A stretch of DNA of 64,000 nt from Macrostomum lignano (Eukaryota): assembly GCA_002269645.1 (NCBI GenBank), contig NIVC01001154.1, positions 62,001-126,000 on the forward strand. The letters run 5' to 3'. Below, piece by piece: positions 11,071-22,400 of the stretch. The position numbers and the translations under genes are program-made. The stretch's first letter is position 1. Each line of letters begins with the position of its first letter. Below the pieces are notes generated by a model, which was given only the letters and a program-made list of their open reading frames with translations, was not told the origin of the DNA and ran no database searches.

Positions 11071-12392
11071 TTACAGCTGTAACACACTGGCATTGGTCGT
11101 TGCGACGGATGATGGCCAGCTTGAGCTTGGGCCTGTTGCTGAAGTGGTCTTGGGGTCGCATGCGGCTGTCGATTCAGTGGCTTCCACGATGTCGTTGGGT
11201 CACTCTGGTGCTCACCCCCAGGTCGTTGTCCATGCATTGGCAGAGCTGCTGATCCCACCACGGGTGCCGACGTCGCCGTGCCGCGTTGATGCTGCTGATT
11301 TTGTCCTTGGCCTTCTAGGAATTGCTGAGTCTCGCGGATCTGCTGAGCCCATCGGAGCGCTTGCTCTGTTGTTGTCACTGGCATTGGCATATTAAGAAGA
11401 CGCTCTGTCACATAGCTGTTGTTTAGGCCCTGGATAAACTGGTCCAAGACAGCTTGTTGAAGGAACTCGTGAGCACCTGCATCAGGAAATGCTTTGACAG
11501 CCAGGCGTTGCAATGCAGTGAGAAACTGTTCGAAGGTCTCATCTTTTCCTCGGCATCGACTTCGAAGCTCAAGCCGAATCAAGGCTGTACTCTTTGCTCC
11601 TCCGTGCCGCGCTCGCAGAAACTGTAGCAGTGAGTCATACCGTGCTCCAGGAAGGTGCTCCAGGTTTGAACCAACTGGCAACCCATGCAGGACGCACTGC
11701 TGGTCGAACCAAGCTGCGTACGTGGCAAACGCGGGCCCTAGATAAGCAATTAAAGTTGCAATTTTGCCGTGCTCACCCAATCCTGGGAACCGACTCATGA
11801 ATGCTGACATGCGGCTTAGGAAGTCGTCAAAATTCTCTCGGCTATTGAATGGTGCAGGCTTGGGCACTGGTGGTAAGGGAGGCTGACTGAATTGATGCTG
11901 CACTGGGGCATGCACTGCCTCTGCATAGGTTGGTGTCAGTCGAGCCCCTGGTGTTGGTGCTGCCTGTTGTCCATGGTACAGGTGAGGCATACCTGTGCAC
12001 GGCCTGGTGTTATTGCTGTTGGTTGCTCCTCCTTGCATCGGGAATGCTGTCGTAGGTTGAGGTTGCCTCTCTGACTGTAGTGGATCTGGCGAGCTTGCAG
12101 CTTCACACTGTTGTTGCACTTGCACTCGGTGCTCGGCATAATCAGCAGAAGCTAAATAATCATGGCACCTGTGTCTGTGTCTCCTTACTGGGCATGTCTC
12201 AGCACTGTTGATCGCATCGTCGAGCGTTTCAATTGTGTCAGATTCATGGAGATCGTGGTAACTCTGTTTTCCTCGGTCCTGCTCTGGATGACTGGCTGCT
12301 GCAGCTGCCGCTGCGGCACCGTGTATGGCTGTAGTAGGTATAGGCCTTAGTACATCTCGGCCACGAAGTTGCAGAAAGTCTTGCCTCCACAT
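10989..12392 (-). CDS. gag: Gypsy Gag with C-terminal CCHC zinc knuckle
   Basis: Open frame, first ATG at 12392; capsid-like ETFEQFLTALQRLAVKAFP...LDQFIQGL; CYSCNLPGHIRRNC knuckle. Confidence 0.92.
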   Translation of the reverse strand: MWRQDFLQLRGRDVLRPIPTTAIHGAAAAAAAASHPEQDRGKQSYHDLHESDTIETLDDAINSAETCPVRRHRHRCHDYLASADYAEHRVQVQQQCEAASSPDPLQSERQPQPTTAFPMQGGATNSNNTRPCTGMPHLYHGQQAAPTPGARLTPTYAEAVHAPVQHQFSQPPLPPVPKPAPFNSRENFDDFLSRMSAFMSRFPGLGEHGKIATLIAYLGPAFATYAAWFDQQCVLHGLPVGSNLEHLPGARYDSLLQFLRARHGGAKSTALIRLELRSRCRGKDETFEQFLTALQRLAVKAFPDAGAHEFLQQAVLDQFIQGLNNSYVTERLLNMPMPVTTTEQALRWAQQIRETQQFLEGQGQNQQHQRGTATSAPVVGSAALPMHGQRPGGEHQSDPTTSWKPLNRQPHATPRPLQQQAQAQAGHHPSQRPMPVCYSCNLPGHIRRNCPNARGAGPQGQYRPSRH

Positions 12393-12418
12393 GCTCAATT
12401 TCGCTCCAAGGACTTCGG

Positions 12419-12435
12419 TCCTGGCGTGGTCGCCA
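12419..12435 (-). promoter_or_regulatory. Primer binding site TGGCGACCACGCCAGGA, probably tRNA-Arg(UCG)
   Basis: Starts TGG 2 nt inside the 5' LTR boundary; its complement TCCTGG-CGTGGTC-G-CCA resembles the 3' end of animal tRNA-Arg(UCG); tRNA identity is from memory, not a search. Confidence 0.75.
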
Positions 12436-12437
12436 AA

Positions 12438-12678
12438 TGTAAGACTTGCACTTTGTCGAGACGTAATTCAAACTCGATTCTGATTTTATATTTCGAGGTG
12501 CCGCGTCACTACTCCACTTAAAGTACCAACATGGTCTGATGCGAGAGCGCTTTTTTAAATTGGGGCGCACTTTCGGAAGTTACAACAAAAACATTATCGA
12601 TAATATACACTAACAATCCTATAACCCCCAACTAAACAAAAATGCATCCATTGAAATTCAATGATGAGATTTGCTACA
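12438..12678 (-). repeat. 5' LTR of the gypsy element
   Basis: Matches 5884-6124; followed on the minus strand by a 2-nt spacer and the PBS. Confidence 0.96.
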
Positions 12679-13060
12679 AAAAGCCAGTTTGAATTTCTGA
12701 CATCGGAACAATGTCTAAAGCAACAAAACAAAAGTTTGTAAAAAGGTAATCTACGAGGATTGTTTTAAATTAAAAAGCCTTAATAGTTAGATTGAAAAAA
12801 AACTTTAACTGCACATCTTGATTGGTTTTTATAAGATAAGCTGTAACTTTAAATTTACGAAGTCAACTAATGTCATAGCGAATTAGAGCATTAATTTTGA
12901 CAGACTGAAAAGTTGTAAATAGGCCAAGGGAGTTTTCACCAAAATACGGCCTCCCCTCCGCTTTTGGGGTATTGACCCAATTGCATGATTGACCCAGTAC
13001 CTACGATCCAGCTAGCTGATCGTACATGTACGTAATTACATGTAAATTAAAACCCAGGGT

Positions 13061-13523
13061 CAACTAAAACTACCGGGACGCGAAACAAGCCAAATCATGG
13101 TGAAAAAAGTTGGGGGCTCGTTTGAAAGCAGTGTTCTATGGCCGTTCCAACTGCAACTCTTCAGTCTAAAGAGGTGAGGGCAATTCAAAAGCCCTCAACT
13201 ATTGTGCGACTGTGAAAAATGTCGAGAAAGTGCAGTGTCTTTAACTGCAGATCAAACTATAACTCAGAAGAAAGCCGAACAACGATATTTGCTCTTCCTT
13301 GAGATGCACGAGAACGGGAGCGTTGGAGACAAACCCTACCAAATATTTTTGAGGTAAGAAGGATGCTAATTCTAAGCGATCATGTGGCCTAGCTTAGTCT
13401 TTTCAGCAGCTAAGCTAAATAAGCATTTAATATGCATGAAATATCGGGCGCCCATAGACTCAAACGAGCCCCCAACTTTTTCGCCATGATTTGGCTTGTT
13501 TCGCGTCCCGGTAGTTTAAGTTG
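13061..13523. mobile_element. MITE with ~60-bp terminal inverted repeats
   Basis: AAACTACCGGGACGCGAAACAAGCCAAATCATGGTGAAAAAAGTTGGGGGCTCGTTTGA (13067-13125) is inverted at 13460-13517 with 1-2 differences; no ORF; TSD unclear (TAAA/TTAA). Confidence 0.85.
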
Positions 13524-13537
13524 TCTCTGTTAAAACC

Positions 13538-15719
13538 CATGTGTTGCGCATGATACTCAAAAAAAGTATCGGTAAAAACCGATACTCCGATACCCTTTCT
13601 GAAAAAAGTATCGCCGACACCTGCAAGTCCGATACCCAAATTTGAGTATCGCCGATACCCTAATTCCGATACTTTATTTATATAAATAATCAATAAAATT
13701 ACAAGCATTATTTGTTCACCATTTTTGTAGAAAAAAGCTTCTTTAGAGGATCATAAAAATTGGATACGTATCAAGGACGTTCCTAACAACCAAAAAAGTT
13801 ACGTATCGGAGGCGTCCCACTTTCTATTGGATACGTAATTTTGCTATGCGGGTCTATCCGGCCCTTGGGTCGTCCTTTGAATCTTCACAACAGCAATCTG
13901 GCCCGCTCGATGTCTGTGTCTCTTCTCAGCTCTCTTCCCTCACCTCTCTCTTCTCATACTCTCTCCTGTCCTGTCCTCTCCTCTCCACTCATCTAATCAC
14001 CTATCTCCTCTCCTCTCCTCTCCTCTCCTCTCCTCTCATCTCCTCTCCTCTCCTCTCCTCTCCTCTCCTCTCATCTCATCTCCTCTCCTCTCCTCTCCTC
14101 TCCTCTCCTCTCATCTCCCTTCCTCTCCTCTCCTCACTTCTCTCCTCTCCTCTCAGATTATGGCATTATTTTGGTACCGCAAGAGGGACTTTATTCTTCC
14201 CTGTTGTCTTTGAACACCTTGACCTCCCCTAGGTGAGTTGCTCTGTACAGTTGAGCGTTGTTTGAGAGAGGGCGGTTGCCCCCTCTGACCCCCCTTTTCC
14301 GGGACTCCTGAAAGTGAGCCACTCAGTTGCCCAAAAAATGAATCCATAGGGTGTTACCATGTGCATATTTTAGCCAGTTTCCAATGGTAAAGTGCATTCC
14401 TGCTTCACAAAGATCATTCGCATAGTTTCTATCAATACCATACGTCGTACACGATTTGGCAGCTATATTCTGTCTGCATTGCCTCCCCAATACTTAGTAA
14501 GTCTTAATACAGAGATTTACACGATCAAAACGTTTTGACAGCAACTGCATATTAAATGCATCATATTTTGCGGGGGGGGGGGGGGGGGGGCAATGCAGAC
14601 AAATGCGCTGCAGGAAAAAAGCATTGCGGGCAAATCTCATGGACCCAATCAGAGACTCCTGGGCGCGCGCTTCACTTAGGGGGCCCAGCGAAGCTGACCC
14701 AGAAGGGCAGTCATGCGCTGGGTTCTCAATCTGGCCCTTGAGGTAAAAAGTTTGCTGACCCCTGCACTTAAAGCACTAGGCTTAGACACATTAGATAAAA
14801 ACTGTAGTGGAATGGGATTGAGAACAGCTGATGAACTACATGTATTATATCAGCTTGTACCCTTAGCTTCCAAAATTCAGAAAAGCCAAAGCCGAAAACC
14901 GCCCGACACTTGCTTGAAATTAAAAAAGGGCACTTGCAGGATTATACTAAAAAGTGGGGGGCTCCAGCCCCCCCCCGCGGTTCTGACACCGCTGGTTGGG
15001 TGCACTTACATGTACATGTGGCCAGCCAGCCAGACGGAATGGTCTAAGCCGATGTACAGACTTTAAAGCCTTACCTCTGATTGGGCAACACTTTGCCCCT
15101 CCGCTCTCTATACATGTACATGTACATGTAAAAATAAGTAAATCACGTCACTTCTCTTCCTTTATTCAACTTGGCCTCGCCCAGCAGTATATGCGCCCAA
15201 AATAGTGGATTTATTTATTTATTGCTGACTGTTTGCATGAACGCATCGTTCACTAAGTAATCGTGTATTTACTATTGAAGAAATTGTAGAATCCATCGGC
15301 AATCAGAGTCGGCTGTGACAGTGTTGCAGAACTTGCGGCATGAAAATTGAGTAAATAATACCATTTTGATGATAATTTTTTACTAATCTATATATAAAAC
15401 TAAATTACTACTAACTAATTCATAAGGTATATATGGCCCAGGCAGTTTTAAAAAGTTCTTAAAACCTGTTTTAAGGACGAAAATAATAATAATTTCAGCT
15501 TCATTGACCTAAAAGTGAAGTATTTATCATTAATTTTTGTAAAATTATGCAACTATTTCATTCATTTTAACGAAATTTTGATTGTTTGCATGCTCAAAAT
15601 ATCAATAGTATCGGACTATCGGGAAAATTTGAAAATTGTATCGGAAGTTACCGAAGTCCGATACTGTCAAAAAGGTATCGCCGATAGTATCGGAGTAATC
15701 GAAATTGTGCGCAACACTG
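13538..15719. mobile_element. Degenerate non-autonomous DNA transposon with GTGTTGCGCA ends and CGATAC/GTATCG subterminal repeats
   Basis: GTGTTGCGCA near 13541 inverted as TGCGCAACAC near 15708; dense CGATAC/GTATCG motifs at 13550-13672 and 15605-15695; no TSD found. Confidence 0.55.
13843..14764 (+). mobile_element. hAT (Charlie-like) non-autonomous element lacking its left TIR, with a CT-rich tract (~13920-14152)
   Basis: 13850-13935 aligns by eye to 48945-49030; right end GTTTGCTGACCCCTG at 14750-14764 is the inverted form of the TIR at 48897. Confidence 0.7.
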
Positions 15720-16409
15720 AGCATGTCGACTTCTTGAGTTGTCTCTCAGTCTGTTTGTCAGCCTGTCTGTCTACACACCTCTCTCTATTTACGCTAGGAA
15801 CAAAAATTATGAGCAATTGAAAACGACCCTAAAAATACCTGGTAATTAGCTGTTTACAAAAAGCAAAAAAGTACATGATGTAATAAAAAACAGACACTAC
15901 CGGAATTTTAGCATTTTATCTTTTATTTTCCGTTAAGACCGAAAAGATTCTATCTCTGTTGGTGTATTTTTCGCATACATGTAAAACCATGAAGCTTTAA
16001 AAAAAATTTAAGAAAGGAAATTTTCCGACCGAGAGACATACATGCGTGTACACATATTGCCACTAGCCCAAGAAGAGAATAATATTGAAACGCGGGACTG
16101 GACTGTCCTGCAGGGCAGTCTGCGCAGCTCCGATTGCTGCAGGAAACAGAGATATTGGGGAAAGCAGAAGAGAGGATCGGCAAACAAGGAAATTGGCAAG
16201 CCGGACAATACAGCAGTCACCCTTGCGCCACAGGCCGGCCGCCATCCTGAGTGAGGGGGGGGGGAGAAAATGCACACACTTCACTAACAATGGGAGAAGC
16301 TGCTTATAGGTGACTCTTTCATTTCCCGGTGCGGCAAAATCCATTTCATATAAATACGGCTTGTGTATAACGTATAGGAAACGGAGGCAGTAGGCCGCTG
16401 CTGCAGGCA

Positions 16410-19400
16410 ATGAGGCTGCGGATGTGGCGGCCCCCAGCTGCTGCAGCTGTGGCCGGTATCGTCCTTGCTCAGCTTCTACTTTGCTCGCTACTTTCTGCTA
16501 TCAACAAACGATTCGACAGCCGCGGCATACCGGCTGTCATTCATCAGATGGCAGCCGGGTCCGGCCGCATCCCGGTAGCTTATGCTGATTACGTGACTTC
16601 CTGGCTGTCGGTGCATCCGAGCCACGAGTACCGCCTCTGGACGGACTCGGCCTTGCGACAACTGATTCGAGGCCGCTACCCAGAGGCTGCAAACTGGACA
16701 GCCAGCCTGCTGAGGTCCCGGCTAGAATTCTCCGATGTGTCGCGCTATTTCCTGCTGCTTGAGTTTGGCGGACTCTATGCTGATATGGACGTGAGGGTCA
16801 GGTGCGACCATGTTGTGACATGTGATGCATGTACATGTACATAATACCTGAATTTTTGGAGGTAGCTGTGATGCGCCATTCGACACAATTATGGGCTGCC
16901 ATTAGAGTTAATGAGACGCCATGGTAGCCGACGGTGAAGCGCCAATGGGAGTTAATGAGGCGCCGTGGGAGTTATTGAGGCGCCATGGGAGTTAATGACA
17001 CGCCATAGAAGATAATAAAGCACCATGGGAGGTAATGACACGCCATAAAAGATAATGAGGCTCCATGGGAGGTAATGAGGCGCCATAGGAGTTAATGACA
17101 CGCCATATAAGTTAATGAGACGCCATGGGAGGTACTGAGGCGCCATAGGAGTTAATGAGGCGCCATGGGAGTTAATGAGGCGCCGTGGGAGTTAATGAGG
17201 CGCCACGGGAGTTAATAAGGCGCCATGGGAGTTAATGAGGCGCCATGGGAGTTAATGAGGCGCCGTGGGAGTTAATGAGGCGCCATGGGAGTTAATAACG
17301 CGCCATGGGAGTTATTGAGGCGCCATGGGAGTTAATAAGGCGCCATGAGAGTTATTGAGGCGCCATGGGAGTTAATGAGGCGCCGTGGGAGTTAATAAGG
17401 CGCCACGGGAGTTATTGAGGCGCCATGGGAGTTAATGACACGCCATAGAAGATAATAAAGCACCATGGGAGGTAATGGCACGCCATAAAAGATAATGAGG
17501 CTCCATGGGAGGTAATGAGGCGCCATAGGAGTTAATGACACGCCATATAAGTTAATGAGACGCCATGGGAGGTAATGAGGCGCCATAGGAGTTAATGAGG
17601 CGCCATGGGATTTAATGAGGCGCCATGGGAGTTAATGACACGCCATATAAGTTAATGAGGCGCCATGGGAGTTAACGAGGCGCCATGGAAGTTAATGAGG
17701 CGCCATGGGAGTTAATAAGGCGCCATGGGAGTTAATGAGGCGCCATGGGAGTTAATGAGGCGCCGTGGGAGTTAATGAGGCTCCATGGGAGTTAATAACG
17801 CGCCATAGGAGTTATTGAGGCGCCATGGGAGTTAATAAGGCGCCATGGGAGTTATTGAGGCGCCATGGGAGTTAATAACGCGCCATGGGAGTTATTGAGG
17901 CGCCATGGGAGTTAATAAGGCGCCATGGGAGTTATTGAGGCGCCATGGGAGTAAATAAGGCGCCATGAGAGTTAATGAGGCGCCATGGGAGTTAATGAGG
18001 CGCCGTGGGAGTTAATAAGGCGCCACGGGAGTTATTGAGGCGCCATGGGAGTTAATGACACGCCATAGAAGATAATAAAGCACCATGGGAGGTAATGACA
18101 CGCCATAAAATATAATGAGGCTCCATGGGAGGTAATGAGGCGCCATAGGAGTTAATGACACGCCATATAAGTTAATTAGGCGCCATGAGAGTTAATGAGT
18201 TGCCATATAAGTTAATGAGACGCCATGGGAGTTAATGACATGCCATATAAGTTAATGAGGCGCCATGGGAGTTAACGAGGCGCCATGGAAGTTAATGAGG
18301 CGCCATGGGAGTTAATAAGGCGCCATGGGAGTTAATGAGGCGCCATGGGAGTTAATGAGGCGCCATGGGAGTTAATGACACGCCATAGAAGTTAATGAGG
18401 TTTCATGGGAGTTAATGACACGCCATAGAAGATAATGAAGCACCATGGGAGGTAATGATACGCCATAGAAGATAATGGGGCGCCATGGGAGGTAATGACA
18501 CGCCATATAAGTTAATGAGGTTTCATGGGAGTTAATGACACGCCATAGAAGATAATGAAGCGCCATGGGAGGTAATGATGACTTACTTGACTTAGCTGCA
18601 GGGCTGTCCCGGAGGGGACACAGCGGGAAGGCGCGGGCGCCCATTCCGCTAGTCCCTGAACGGCCGACGCGTCGCTATGGACGGAGGGTTGGCGCCGCCC
18701 AGGGAGGTCCCCCAGTGTCGCCAGCAGCTATGGTGCTCTCTGGAAAGGAGAGTTCAGCCCTGCGGGTGGCCCGAAGGTAGCGCATGAGCTGATTAAAGTT
18801 TTCGGGTTTGCACGCTTCAGTAATAGATGTGTGTGGCCCGAGGTAAGTGAGTCTGGCCCGCGTGAAGGCGGGACAGATGCTGACGAAATGCTCAGCGGTT
18901 TCGTCACCTGAGTTGCAGAAACTACAGGTGGCGTTGGTGGCGTTGCCCTGCAGGTACTGGTGCCTGGAGAAGCAGCCGTGACCAGAGAGGGTCATGGTGG
19001 CAGCCCGGATGTCTCTGCGCGAGAGGCGCAAGAGGAGCTTCCGGAGCTGGTGAGAGGGCTGAGGGACAGCGCCTCTGGATTGCCTGCAGTTCGTGCGGTT
19101 CGCCCAAGTCGAGCGGTGCTGAGTCCTGATCCACGCTTTGATGCGCGAGTCGATGACACAGCCAGGAATCGGGACAAGAGGTTCGGGGCCGAGAGAGGAG
19201 CCGGAGGCACCAACTTTTGCAAGGGTGTCAGCCAACTCATTTCCTCGGATCCCCACATGCCCCGGAACCCACTTAAGGGTAATTTTGTTGGCGGAACCCA
19301 ACACATTGAGGAGTTTGATACAGTCAAGGACTGTAGCAGAGTTGGTGCTGCAGCCACTGATGGCGTGCAAGGCAGCTTGGCTGTCCGAATGGAAAATGAT

Positions 19401-22400
19401 GTTCTTACCAGTAACGCCAGTGGCGAGAAGCTCTGCAGTGCAGGAGCTGATGGCCAGAACTTCATTTTGGAAAACACTGGAGTTGACCCCAGTGTATTGA
19501 GCGTGGGTAGCGATGACCCTCCCGTTCAGAAAGATTCCAACACCAAAGCCGGTGTTGGCTGACTGCTTAGAACCGTCGGTGTAGCAATGAAGCTCACCAG
19601 GGTTCCAATGGTCATTGATGTTATCGCGCGAGTCGATAGCTACGGAGTAGCGCTGTCTCAGGTTGAGCGTTGAGGCAATGCCATCGGTGAAGACGCGATT
19701 GGCCTGACACTCGTTGAGAAAGTTGAGGCACAGATCGCTATGCGGGACAAGGTTCCGCTTAGCAGGTGCTCTCATGTAAATGAATTTGACGCCGGCATCA
19801 ATTAGACGCCGCGTCGTTCTAGCCGCCTCACCCCTGATGAAGAGGTCAAGAGGCGGAAGATTAAGAAAGGCCCCCATGCCAGCAAAGGGCGTGGACCTGG
19901 TGGCGTTGCAGATGAGCCTACACGCTCTGCCTTGGATCGTGTTGAGCAGGTCTGCATGGCTTTTGACCTGGGTAGCGCTAACCCAGACAACAGAGGCGTA
20001 CGTAATGGCAGGTCTAACTACGGAAGTATAGATCCACCAAAGCCGCTTTGGGGATAGACCCCAAGAAGTGCCAAGTGCTCGTCGGAGCTGGGCCAGGATG
20101 GCTGAGGCACGCTTAGCTTTTGCTTTCACGTGGAAGGACCAGTTGAGCCGGTGGTCAAGTGTGACCCCGAGACATCTGGTCTGGTGCGCGAAGGCAATAT
20201 CTCTGCCGTAGAGCTGCAGAGGACGTATGTTCCAGCGTAGTCTGCTGGTAAACATAATGGCAACGGTTTTGGGCTCAGAGAGTTCCAAACCATTGTCATT
20301 GGCCCAGGATTCTGCTTTGCGGATAAAGCTCTGCATCAGATCCCTGAGCGTGCTGGGAGACGGTCCTGCCACAATGGCCGTGACGTCATCAGCATACCCG
20401 ACTTTGAAGACGGGGTCAGGTCGGGAGTCACTCAGAAGAGCGTCCATGACCAGGTTCCAGAGCGTCGGGGTGAGGACTCCGCCTTGGGGTCCACCCTTAC
20501 AGACTCTGGTGGAGGCAGTTTGCCCAAGAAGTTGGGCAGTGACCGTACGGTTGGAGATCATGTACATGATCCACCGTATGAGGGTAGCATGAGCTTTGCG
20601 ATTTTGAAGGGCCCTCTGAAACGCTTCAAAGATAACGTTGTCGAAGGCGCCAACAATGTCAAGAAAGAGAGCCAGGGCGTAACCGTCACCCAGTACCGCC
20701 CGTTCAATCTTTTCGACAATCGCATGCAGGGCGCTGTCAGTCGACCTCCCGGTACGGAAGGCGTGCTGATTATTGCTGAGGGGCATCGCTGTCAGCTCGC
20801 AGGAGAGCAGCCGCCAGAGAATAAGCCTCTCAGTGAGCTTAAGCATTGCTGACGTTAAGCTAATTGGCCGGAAGGCCTTGACGCTTTGGTAGTCACCCTT
20901 CCCAGGTTTGGGAATAAAGACTACTCGAGCTTCAGTCCAGCTTTTGGGAACGTATCCCAGCTGGATAGAGGCCCGCATAAGATTGCGGGTGAGTCTCAGG
21001 AACGAGGGTATCTTGGCTGCTTCACGAAGGAGAACAGGGTAGATACCATCAGGTCCAGGAGATTTGAAGGGTTTGAAGGTTCTGACCGCACGAGCGATTA
21101 GGTCTTCAGTGACAATGCCCGCCGCTAGGGTGGCTCCATCCATCGAATGGTTGGGCTCCGGTCTAGCAGTAGGTACCCTCGGGAAGAATGTGCTAAGCAT
21201 ATGCTGAAGCACTTCTTCAGGGTCTTTAGTAAGAGAGCCATCATCTTTTTTGATCATGGCTAATTTGGACATTTTGTCCATTGTAAGGGCCTTGACAAGC
21301 CTAGAAGTAGGTCTGTCTTGATCCAATTCATTGCAGAATTGGCGCCACTTACATTCCTTGGCCTTGCGCACTTCAGATTTGAAATTGCGGGAGGCTTGCC
21401 GGAAAAGCTCCATGTCCTCCGGGTTTCCGGTCTTCATGGCACGGCGATGAAGGCTTTTGGCCTTCCGCCTGAGTTTCCCCAGCTCCGGGTTCCACCACGG
21501 CGCCGAGGTCTTGCCTCTGTAGGCGCGAGCAGGACAGGCCGCTTCGTAGGCTGCAATAATGCAACCTGTCAGCGTCTCAGCCATATGATCCACATCCTCG
21601 CAGGTCTCAATCGGACGTAAGTCCGTGAGTTCCTGCAGGTGCAGATCAAGGGCAGCCTTGTAGGCCGCCCAATCAGTGTTGCGGATATTGCGTCTCCAAG
21701 TGATCGGAGACTGGGTTTTAGTGTCCGCGATATTAAAGGCAATAAAGCAGTGGTCAGACAGGGAGGGCTCCTCAGACCAGACTCTCCACTCCTTGACTCT
21801 GTCAAAGAGTCTTGGGGTAACGAGTGTGGCGTCGAGGACCTCGGTCCATCTGCCATTATTAAAGGTAGGGGTGCTGCCGCGGTTGCAGAGCATGAGGTTT
21901 GTGTTAGAGATGAGGGCCAGAAGCTCCTCTCCTCTAGTGTTGGTATCTTTGCTGCCCCAGTGCTTGTGGTGCGCGTTGAGGTCGCCCCCTAAGCACAGCT
22001 CAGCGTTCTGGGACTCGCAGTACTGCGCAAGGCGCAGTAAACTCTCGGGAGCAGGGTCTCTGTCGCCTGGGATATAAACCGAGGCAACAAGACACGTACG
22101 CGGAGAGAAATGATTAGATTGGATGACGCAAAGGTCTCCATCAGAGAGATCAGTCCTCAGCCAAGCCTGGAGATGGCTAGCAGCGAGGATAGCCGCTCTA
22201 GGGCGGCTGTTCCCCGGGCCACACACATAAAAATCAGAGTAGCCAGAGGGAATGTTGGGCAACTTACCGTTGCGCATCCAGGGTTCCTGGATCAGGATGA
22301 GGCCTGGCCTGTACAGCTCAGCAATCTTCATCAGATTTACTGACGCAGATACGCAATGCTGTAAATTTATTTGCAGACAGAATGTCGCTCCTTTGGCAGC

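Larger units (their letters stand above)
5884..12678 (-). mobile_element. Full-length Ty3/gypsy LTR retrotransposon (6795 bp)
   Basis: 241-bp direct repeats 5884-6124 and 12438-12678 with TG...CA ends; AAAA on both flanks (4-bp TSD, in an A-run so weak); PBS 12419-12435; [15 protein letters not shown] next to the 3' LTR; gag then PR-RT-RH-IN order. Confidence 0.97.

Noticed and set aside
7135-11800. Many + strand ORFs over the gypsy element (likewise over ORF1/ORF2 of the non-LTR element, the CNBP genes and 53182-54066)
   Set aside because: Antisense shadows of GC-rich coding sequence
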